Positions 53,225 through 64,000 of a DNA stretch of 64,000 nt are shown in pieces. A model generated the notes under the pieces. The model was not told where the DNA came from, made no database searches, and saw nothing but the letters and a program-made list of their open reading frames with translations. Every line of letters begins with the position of its first letter. Position 1 is the first letter of the stretch. The position numbers and the translations under genes are program-made. This DNA comes from Mobula hypostoma (Eukaryota): contig NC_086107.1 in NCBI RefSeq assembly GCF_963921235.1, positions 95,606,001-95,670,000 on the forward strand, in the 5' to 3' direction.

Positions 53225-54030
53225 GCAACACGAGACCATAAAACAGAGGAGCAGAATTGAGCTATTCAGCCATCGAGTCTGTTCCTCCATTCAATCTTGG
53301 CTAATTTATTATCCCTCTTAACCCCATTCTCCTGCCTTTTGTCGTAACCTTTGATTCCAGCAAGTACAGAGCCATTGAATGTTCCAAACATATTAACCAT
53401 TTAATTCTTGAGAACTTCCTCCAGATCCTCCCCAATGCCAGCACATACTTGCTTTTATATTCTAGTCCTCTTGAAATGAATGCTAACATCGCATTTGCCT
53501 TCCTTACCACAGACTCAAACTGGAAATTAACCTTTAGGGAATCCTACACAAGGACTCCCAAGTCCCTTTGGACCTCTGATTTCTGAATTTTCTCCCCACT
53601 TAGAAAGTCTATAGCTTCATTCTTTCTACAAAAGTGCATGAACAAACATTTGCCTACACCATATTCCATCTGCCACTTCTCTGCCCATTCTCCTAATCTG
53701 TCCAAGTCCTTCTGCAAACTCCATTTCCTCAAAACCACATGTTCTTCCACCCATCTTCTCATCATCTGCAAACTTGGCCACAAAGCCAGCAATTCCATCA
53801 TCCAGATCATTAACATAATGTGAAAAGAACTGTTCCCAACACAGACCCCTGTGGAGCATCACTAGTCACCGGCAGCCAACCAGAAAAGGCCCCTTTTATT
53901 CCCACTCTTCACGTCCTGCAGTCAGCCAATACTCTATCCATGCTAGTACCTTTCCTGTAATACTTTGGCTCTTGTTAAGCAGCCTCATGTGCGCCACCTT
54001 GTCAAAGGCCTTCTGAAAATCCAAGTACAC
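53225..54030 (-). mobile_element. CR1 RT/3' fragment
   Basis: KFADD, LQKDLDRLGEWAEKWQM and ANAMLAFISRG remnants. Confidence 0.75.
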
Positions 54031-54599
54031 AACACACCTCTCTTGTAAAGATCACCTCTGCCCTAATTGTCCAAGTGACTGAAGTCTTCACCAGCTCTTC
54101 AGGCAAGCAGTTATTTGCCCCAGCCTCTTATTTCTATCCTTGCTAGCACATGGTACAGGGAGCAATCCTGTGAGTGGCCAAGTAATCTTGAAGAAAAGAA
54201 AACAGAGGACTTTCTTTATCTTGTACCCAATACCCAGACTAAGTACTGAAAGACAAAGATCAACTGGACACAATACTTTGAAAATACCTGTGAATCTTTA
54301 AATCTTTAGCCTTTTTTACAACAGATGTTCAATGTGACAATTTATTTAAAAAAAAAAATACACTTTTCAACATGGTGTGCAGATAGGCCACACTCTTTTA
54401 TACTTAACCCACACGCTACGCTCAGATTTGGAACCTGTGATCTCATCCTGCTCATTCACTTCTGTCATAGTGAACTTTTTCTTTACAAGTGCCTGTTTTC
54501 AAATACTTGAAGGTGTTTGACAATTCCTTATTGATGAAGACAATTTTGACAAACCTCCATCTTGCTCATTGGGCCCTTATCGATACAGTTAACCTTATG

Positions 54600-54995
54600 A
54601 TTACTTACTGCCCGTTACACCGCTGGCGTTTAGGACAACAATGAAGATCCTCCATCTCTGGTGGTGTTCAGGGCTTCCTTCATCATCTCAGCAGTTTCCT
54701 CTCGGTTTTCAGTACTGTCAGTCATGCGAGTCCTGGGTGGAGACTCAGGAATACCATCACACTCGGATGTAGAAGGATTCTTCATTGCTGTTTCCGTAAC
54801 AATTTTGTTTTACCAGTCAGGGTTGTTAGCTCTGAGCAAACCTGGAGGACCACTCTTAGTCTGGCCTCTACCTTTTGACCTGTTTGGCATAGGTGACTCT
54901 ACCAAGAGCCAAAGCACAAGACCCTGACTCCAGCCAACACAGCTCTCCGGGTCATTGAGGCACACAGGCCTCCAAACCACAACAAGGCTGTGGAC
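54600..54995. mobile_element. Short RTE-like or non-autonomous repeat (similar-class inserts at ~39770-39904 plus 42167-42560, and 61226-61545)
   Basis: GC-richer inserts with sharp edges resembling RTE-associated elements. Family assignment is by impression only. Confidence 0.4.
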
Positions 54996-55156
54996 TTAAC
55001 AATTGGAAAGTACTTATTTTAAAGCTAAAACCTCCTTGAAGCACAAGTTACACATCTCCAACTTTACACTGTGCCTTTTGCAGGAATAAAATGGAACTCC
55101 TTGGTTATATTCCGGTTGAAGATGTAAATATGTTCCAAGCACATAATAATACTAAC

Positions 55157-55335
55157 CTGTACAGGTGGACATCCTCGAAAGATTTGATGTTATTGATAGC
55201 AAAAACACAGAGGAAACCTTCCCCTGTTCGCATGTACTGATCTCTCATAGCACTGTATTCCTCTTGACCTGCAGTGTCCAGGATATCTAGTAAACATGTT
55301 TCTCCATCAATGACCACTTGTTTCCTGTAGGAATC
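55157..55335 (-). CDS. KRASBL: KRAS4B-like GTPase, coding exon 2 (aa 38-97, DSYRKQ...DTAGQEE...FEDVHLYR)
   Basis: Acceptor tttgcgcag|GAT and donor CAG|GTTAGT. Length 179 nt as in classical RAS genes. Contains DTAGQ (switch II). Confidence 0.97.
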
Positions 55336-56851
55336 CTGCGCAAAGGAAGACAGGTGGTCAGTAATCAAACCGTAATTACATTTCCCACCATAATTTGCTC
55401 CTGATTCTCATCACTAATGCAAGTTTAGTCAGTCAAATTGTTTGTTGGGAGGAGGTCAGGGAATTCAGAGTCCAGATGTGCAGCTTTCTCCAAGATTCAT
55501 TTTGTTCTGTCAGTGAACTCTTCCCAAGTTTAGCTACTTTCTTGCAATGCCAATCCCAGACTGAATCCGTGCAGATATGGAATAAGCTGCACCCTTTCCA
55601 GTGCTATTCACAGGTTGGTTGAAGATTTCCGACTTTGTGAACAGAGAAAACAGAATCTCTATCACATTTCAAAGGCACCTCAAGAACTCACAAGACCACT
55701 GACCCAGAATTGGAATCGAGATTCATAGAAATAGTTCCACGTTTAGTTGGTGTAGGTGAGTAAGAGTTCCCTTCTCCAGCCCACCCCTCTACTGAGCATA
55801 TCTACATAAAATGCTGTCGCAGGAAGGCAATGGCCATCATCAGGGACCCCCACCACCCAGACATCCTCTCTTCTTGCTCCTGCCATCAGGAAGGTGGTGC
55901 AGGAGATTCAGGACCTACACTACCTGGTTCAGGAACAGTTATTTCCCTTCAACCATCTGGCTCTCAAACCAGAGGGAATAATTTCACTCAACTTCACTTG
56001 TCCCATCATTGAAAAGTTGTCACATCAGTGACTCACTTTCAAGGACTCTTCATCTCATGTTCTCAATGTTTATTGCTTTTTTTTATTATTAATTTCTTTT
56101 TTGTATTTGCACAGCTTATTGTCTTTTGCACGCTGGTTGAACGCCCAAGTTGGGCCAGTCTCATTCATCTGTTATTGTTATGATTCTACGGAGTGACCAT
56201 GAACGCCCACCAGAAAATGAATCTCAGGATTGTATATGGTGAAGTATATGTACTTTGATAATAAATTTACTTTCAACTTTTGAACATTGAACTTTAGCAC
56301 TGTTCATTTTTACCATTTTACAGTTAGCCACATTCGGTAGCAGATTATTGCCTCCACTTCAGGGATGATCTTCACAAAACGCGTGGTGTTACAGTAGATA
56401 TTGAAGCTAACTGCCTTGCCCTTGCACAATTATTCAGTGCCATGCACTCAACAACCCAACAAACAACAGTGTGCGTATTTAAAGCACGTGGGACAAAAAC
56501 GGGGAAAAGTCCTCAGCTGAAGTTCCAAGTGTTGGTGAAAAAAGAAACAGTCAGCATTGAAGGTCTGGACTCTCCTTCAGAACTGAGAAAGGGAGACAAG
56601 GGCAAGGGCAGTTTATCCAATAGGAAGAAAGGAGAAATTAGGATTAGCTCACCCGTGTGACGGCCACCTGAGACATGAGCAGCAGGACAAACTATACAGC
56701 AAAAACACAGCAAGCAAATGTACCCAGTTCGCACATAAAACAGACAAAATGAGTTATCTAAGGTTGAAAAATGTGAAATTTAGAGTTCTGAGGCTGCAAT
56801 CTGCCACGATGTGGCTACCCTTGGGCTGGAGGAGCAACACCTCATATTCTG

Positions 56852-57563
56852 CATCCGGTGCTCCCGATGTGGCCTTTTATATATTGGAGAGACCCGACGT
56901 AGACTGGGAGACCGCTTTGCTGAACATCTACGCTCTGTCCGCCAGAGAAAGCAGGATCTCCCAGTGGCCACACATTTTAATTCCACATCCCATTCCCATT
57001 CTGATATGTCTATCCACGGCCTCCTCTACTGTAAAGATGAAGCCACACTCAGGTTGGAGGAACAACACCTTATATTCCGTCTGGGTAGCCTCCAACCTGA
57101 TGGCATGAACATCGACTTCTCTAACTTCCGCTAAGGCCCCACCTCCCCCTTGTACCCCATCTGTTACTCATTTTTATGCACACATTCTTTCCCTCACTCT
57201 CCTTTTTCTCCCTCTGTCCCTCTGAATATACCTCTTGCCCATCCTCTGGGTCACCCCCCCCCTTGTCTTTCTTCCCGGACCTCCTGTCCCATGATCCTCT
57301 CGTATCCCCTTTTGCCTATCACCTGTCCAGCTCTCGGCTCCATCCCTCCCCCTCCTGTCTTCTCCTATCATTTTGGATCTCCCCCTCCCCCTCCAACTTT
57401 CAAATCCCTTACTCACTCTTCCTTCAGTTAGTCCTGACGAAGGGTCTCGGCCTGAAACGTCGACTGCGCCTCTTCCTATAGATGCTGCTTGGCCTGCTGC
57501 GTTCACCAGCAACTTTGATGTATGTTGCTTGAATTTCCAGCATCTGCAGAATTCCTGTTGTTT
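56852..57563 (+). mobile_element. Young 5'-truncated Penelope-like element (GIY-YIG end plus pLTR-like 3' region) nested in an older copy
   Basis: CIRCSRCGLLYIGETRRRLGDRFAEH...[19 protein letters not shown] is a GIY-YIG endonuclease. 13-bp duplication ACCTCATATTCTG at 56839-56851 and 57564-57576. Confidence 0.88.
57430..57465 (+). ncRNA. Minimal hammerhead ribozyme motif (intact core) in a Penelope-like element
   Basis: AGTC-CTGACGA-AGG(GTCTCGG)CCT-GAAAC-GTC-GACT. Stem I AGTC/GACT, CUGANGA box, stem II AGG/CCT, GAAA box, loopless palindromic stem III (ACGT) and GUC cleavage triplet. Confidence 0.8.
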
Positions 57564-57794
57564 ACCTCATATTCTGTCTGGATAGCCTTCAACCTGATGG
57601 CATGTACATCAATTTCTCTAACTTCCGGTAATTTCTCTCCCTCTCCCTTTTCCCATTCTATCTCCCCTTATCTCTTCTCTTCTCCACATCTACCCATCAC
57701 TTCCCTCTGGTGCTCCTCCTCCTTTCCTATGATCTACTATCCTCTCCCATCAGATTCTTTCTTCTTCAGTCCTTCACCTCCCAACTTCTTACTT

Positions 57795-58150
57795 CAAAAA
57801 GTATGGTCTCCACAGAACCCTGACCTCAAAATCATTGAGGCTGTCTGGGATTACCTGGAGAGCCAGAAGCAAGTGAGGCAGCCAAAGTCTGCAGAAGAAC
57901 TGTGGCAAATTCTTTAAGATCCTTGAAATAACCTACCAGCTGATTTTTTTTTACATATAAAATTGCACGACAGTGTACCTAAGAGAAATTATGCAGATTT
58001 AAAGGCAGAGTGGTCACACATCAAACATTGATTTTAGTTTTCTGACTGTATTTTTTTGATATTTAGAAACTTTTCAATTCAATATTTTTGAAGGCATCTT
58101 TGCTTTACAGAATTTATTTTTTTTACATATGTCTAAGACTTTTGCACAGT
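57795..58150 (+). mobile_element. Tc1/mariner transposon 3' remnant inside an old Penelope copy
   Basis: WSPQNPDLKIIEAVWDYLE matches the Tc1 WPxQSPDLNxIE motif. Ends with TIR-like AAGACTTTTGCACAGT. Confidence 0.75.
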
Positions 58151-59339
58151 CCTTTACTCTTCTCTCCCCCCCTCCCCCCACCCAACCCACATCCTTCCAC
58201 TTTCTTATTCTGGTTTCTTCCTTTCCAGTCCTGAAGAAGGGTTTATGGCCTGAAACATCGACTGTTTGTTCCTCTCCACAGATGCTGCCTGGCCTGCTGA
58301 GTTCCTCCAGCATTGCTCTGGATTTCCAGCATCTGCAGAGTCTTTTGTGTTTAGGGAGATGAGATGTCACTGCTTGAACCCGCATCATCCTGGGACCAAA
58401 CATTCTCCCCAGCTGAAGAAGTGATTCACTTGTACTTTATCCCCCATTCAACACATTGCATTTGTTGTTCATTGTGAGGCCTTTCAAATAAAAGCAAAAC
58501 CAACACGTGGGTGATTGCTCTGTACGCCTAATGCAGAAGATGACTGAGCTTCTAGTTGTAAGCCATGTTTATTCACCATCCCACTATGAACTTTGCTCTG
58601 TTACAAACAGACCCAACACCTCATTATCCACCCGGGTATAGAGCTTTCCGCCCTCCACCCTTCGAAAACTCACTCCTTGCTCCTATTTTTATGAGAATCA
58701 TCATTTTTGTCTGCCGCCATTTTACCTCTATTCTTGGTCTAGCCTGGAGTACTGACAACGTCGCAGTCAGCCTGACTAGAGAACATCAGCAAAACGACAG
58801 CCTTCTGCGTTTGTGTAACCTGACGCTCACAGGTTCATTATTGCACTGGATCAGAGGAATGCCTTTTGTTTGCAGTGCTCTAAGAGTAATTAATAACTGT
58901 TCCTGACCCTGGTGACCTGGGACCCAAGGTTCCTGAACCTCTCTCCCGATGGCAGCAGCGAGGAGAGAGCATGGCCTGGATGGTGGGGTCCTTGGTGACT
59001 GATGCTACTTTCTTGTAGCAGTGCTCCTTGTAGGCATGCTGAATAATGGGAAGGGTTTACCCTGTGGTGGGCTGGACTTGCGTAGCCTTTTCCGGTCATG
59101 GGCATTGGTGTTTCCGTATCAGGACATAATGTAACCAGTCAGGATTCCCCACTGTGCATCTCATTTGATTCCCAAACCTCACCAACAATGACTGCTCCAC
59201 TTACACCTAACCTATTTTATTGGCCCTTGCCCACAGTCGGCGATTTCAGGGTCACAAAATGTCCCAACAGGCCTAACTCACTTTTTCAAATCTCGCTCCT
59301 GTAACGCGCAGGCCAACGTTTCCTTGTGGTCTCAGGGCG

Positions 59340-61220
59340 CGCAGAATCATGAGGGACATAGATAGAGTAAATACGCACAACCTGGTTCTTAAAGGCAGGA
59401 TTTGTAGAAGCATGGTCTGATTACCATGAGTTAGCATGGCTTTGTAAGAGACACGTCATGCCTCACAGGCTTGACTGAATTCTTTTGAGGATGTGACAAA
59501 GCACATTGATGAAGGTAGAGCAGGGGATGTGGTGAATACAGATTTTTGTAAGGTGGTTCATAAGGTTTCCCACAGTAGGCTTACTCAGAAAGTCAGGACA
59601 CATGAGATCCAAGGGAGACGTGGCTGTGTGGATGCAGAATTGGCTTGCTTGTAGAAGGCAAAGGGTGATTGTTGATGGAGCGTATTCTTCCTGGAGGTTG
59701 GTGACCAGTGGAGTTCTGGAGGGGTCTGTTCTGGGACCCCTGCTCTTTGTGATTTTTATAAATGACTTGAATGAGGAAGTGGAAGGGTGGGTTAGTAAAT
59801 TTGCAGATGATAGAACGGTTGATGGAGTCGTGGATAGTGTGGAGGATTATTGTAGGTTTTAGCAGGACAGGATGCAGAGCTAGGGCTTAGAAGTGGCAGA
59901 TGAAGGTACAATCTGGAAAAGTACGTAGTGATTTATTTTGGAAGGTCGAATTTGAAGGCAGAATACAGAACACAGGGTTAAAGACAAGATTTTTGGTAAT
60001 GTGGAGGAATAGAGGGACCTAGTGGTCCACAACCATAGGTCCTTCAAAAGATGCTGCGCAAGTTGGTAGGGTTGTTAAGAAGGCATATGTTGTGTTGACC
60101 AACTGAGGGCAATTGAGTTCAACAATCACAAGGTAATGTTGCAGCTCTATAAAACCCTGGTTAGACCACACTTGTAATATTGTGGTTAGTTCTGGTCACC
60201 TCATTGTAGGAAGAATGTGGAAGCTTTAGAGAGGGCGCAGAGAGGTACCAGGATAATGCATAGTCTAGACAGCAAGTCTTATGAAGATAGGTTGAGCAAT
60301 CTAGGGCTTTTCTCTTTGGAGTGAAAGAGGATGAGAGGAGACTAGAAAGAGGTGTACAAGTTGATAAGAGGCATTGAAAGATTGGACAGTCAGTCTTTTT
60401 CCCATGGAAGAAATAGCTAATATATTTTAAGGTGATTGGAGGAAAGTATGGTGGGGTTTTCAGAGGTATTTAGCTTATTTATTGACTTTTACAGAGAGTG
60501 CTGAGTGCAAGGTATGGTCTGTCAAGGGTAGTTGTAGTGGCAGATGTATTAGGGACATTTAGAAACTGGTACATGGATGATAAAGAAATGGAGGACTATG
60601 TAGGAGGGAAGGGTTAGATTGATTTTAGAGTAGGTAAAAATATCAGCACAACACTGTGGGCAAAAGGACCTGTACTGTGTGATAATGTTCTATGTTCCTA
60701 TATGGACGAGCTGTCAAAGGAAGTGGTTGATGCAGCATTTAAAAAAAAACATTTGATCAAGTACCTAAATAGAAAAGGGATATGGATCAAACGTAGGCAA
60801 ATGAGACCAGTTTAAATGGGCCTCTTAGTCAGAATGGATCAGTTGGGCTGAAGGGCCTGTTTCTGTGTTTTATGACTATGGCCTCAAAACAAACCAGATA
60901 AAGGGAAGATATTCTGGGAAACTGGGAGTTCGTGAACCAGGGCTCAGAGCCTTGGGATATGAAGTGTTTCATGTAGAACCAAGACGAGAGGTTTCTTCAT
61001 TCAGGAGGCGGTGAGCCTGTGGAAACTCCACCACAGAAACTTGGGGCCGAGTCATTAAATATATTTGAGAAGCAGGTAGATTAAAGCTAGAGATTAAGGG
61101 CCAAGGCTAGACAAGGTACAAAGTCTGAAGTGAATGATCAGACATAATGCTGTGGATTGGTGCAACAGCCCCCAAGGGGCTGAGCGGCTCCCTCCTGCTC
61201 CAATTTTTAAGGTTTCTATT
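59340..61220 (+). mobile_element. Decayed CR1 3' fragments
   Basis: GSVLGPLLFVIFINDL...KFADD and several CR1 tails. Confidence 0.75.
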
Positions 61221-61675
61221 ACACATGGGAGGTGTACTGGAGATACATCTCTACCAAAGGAGGTGTAAGGTGTTCCTGCAGGTCACCCTTGGGCAAGGTG
61301 TAGCACCTGCTTAGCCCCCACTCCCACCCCCAATCAGGGTTGCGTGAATAGTCGTATGAGCAGCTGGTGCATATCACAAGTCCTGGTTATGTGACGACTG
61401 ATGCCAGGCAGACAATCTCTGAAGAGTATTGATAATGGCTGGGGGTCATCCGTTTTGTAAAGGCACTGCCCAGAAGAAGGCAATGGCAAACCACTTCTGT
61501 AGAAAAGTTCGCCAAGGACCACCATGGTCATGGAAAGAGCAACAATCCCTCACTCAATAGTCAGATTGAAGACAGATGAAAGACCCACATCATATCATCA
61601 TGTGCTGTCATATTACATACATTCTTTTAGAGTCTATCTACCTCCAGTTTCCAATGCTGCATTTCATTTCCCTGC

Positions 61676-62520
<845 letters not shown>

Positions 62521-64000
62521 CTGGAAAGAACAGTAACATTTGTTATTAGGTCTCAAATTTAAAATGCGCCCCTTACATTTAAACATTTGCTTCAAGGTAC
62601 ACCAATTCCATTTTACAAGTCTCTCACTGTGGCAGGAGCAATACCTCTCTGTTTGTGGCATGTCGAACTGTTGGAGTGACAGCGGCTTTTGATGGACATG
62701 GTCTCTTTGGGGGCTCTGCTAATGCTGACATGGCAGGTGGTGGGGGGGGGCTAGTGCCTTTTGCTGAGGCAGGTAGGGGAGAGGGAAGGGAAGGGTTGGT
62801 GCTTTGCTGCTTGTGCATGGGGGAGTGAAGGGGGTTTGGGGTTCTAACGTTTTCCTGTCATCTATTCTTTGGGGTTTTTCTTCTATTTTATGGATGTCTG
62901 TGGAGAGCGAGAACTGCAGGTTGTATATTGCACACATTCTCATCATTAAATGTAACTATTGAACAATCACAAGTCAACTTTGTCCACAAATCAGAAAATA
63001 CACAAATATCTCCAGATGAATCTCAGGAGTTGTATACACACTCTGGATAATAAATGCACTTTGAATCTTCGAAATCGTTCCGATAACCATTCCAAAGAAA
63101 GGAAACGAGTTCTGCCATTTGTTGGAATGAACATGCATACGTATATGAAGGGCCGTGCAAAAGTCTTATATACAGTTAGGGTGAGGGAATTCATAGGAAC
63201 GAGGACAACAGGTAAAGGAGGTCAGGGAGGAAGGCATTACCCTCAGGAGGGTGAGGATTTTCGAGTAGTACAAGGAGGTCAATACCACAACATGATAAAA
63301 TCAGAACAGGAACCGAAACCCAACAAGAGACAAAAGAAAAAATTTCTTCTCTCAAAATGTTGGCCCATTTTATTTTGATATACATGTGACAAATAAAGAT
63401 AATTTTTCAGATTGAATCAGATCTTCAATTTGAACAGAGGGAAATACAATCGCATCATCAATAGGCTGAATCACCTTCTGTACTGAAGTTTTCATGAATC
63501 TTAAGGCCAGTGGAAAGGGTGAAAGCAGTAAAATTACAGGGCAAGTTATCAAAATTTAAGCTCGATCAGATAGGCATGTGGGCAGATGTTTGGCAAAAGG
63601 TTTCAATTCAGGTTAAGTGTGAAGTGCTGCATTTTAACCAGGGTGGGGGCTGTGGAACAGAGGGGTCAAGCAGTACCATTTTGTGGTTCACTGTAAGTGG
63701 CATCACAGATAGTCAGGATGGTGAAGGTGTTTAGTACACTGGTCATCATCAGCCAGGGCATTGAGTATAGGAATTAGGATGTTATATTGCCACCGTACAA
63801 GATATTGGTGAGACTATACTTTCAGCATTGCGTAAAGTTTTGGTCAGCCTGTCATAGGAACCACGCCATTAACTCAAAAAAATATGGAGAAGAATTACAA
63901 GGACGTTGCCGGGACTCAAGTCTCTGAGAGGATGAGGGAGAATTTGGGCAGGCTAGGACTTTATTCCTTAGAGTGAGGGGTGACTTAAATCACAAGGGGC

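Overview
Repeat-saturated vertebrate genomic DNA, about three quarters decayed retroelements by eye: CR1, Rex/Babar-type, RTE-like and Penelope-like elements, tRNA-derived SINEs and Tc1 remnants. This repeat mix suggests a cartilaginous fish, probably a ray (inference). Two spliced genes converge tail-to-tail. On the minus strand is a complete four-coding-exon, 188-aa KRAS4B-type GTPase (exons of 111/179/160/117 nt). It has no visible exon 4A and ends in CIIL, which fits the non-mammalian paralogue KRASBL better than KRAS itself. On the plus strand are the last exons of a tail-anchored KASH protein of the IRAG2(LRMP/JAW1)/KASH5 family, ending ...CPQIRLRHGAPPPV*. This mirrors the human IRAG2-KRAS arrangement but without DNAI7/ETFRF1 between the genes. 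Other notable signals are five out-of-frame upstream ATGs in the predicted RAS leader, eight minimal hammerhead-ribozyme motifs (intact to degenerate) carried by Penelope-like elements, and Penelope insertions with clear target-site duplications, including a ~400-bp inverted repeat and a self-nested copy. Most ORFs in the track are retroelement debris. Repeat boundaries are approximate and all comparisons with known proteins are from memory, not searches.
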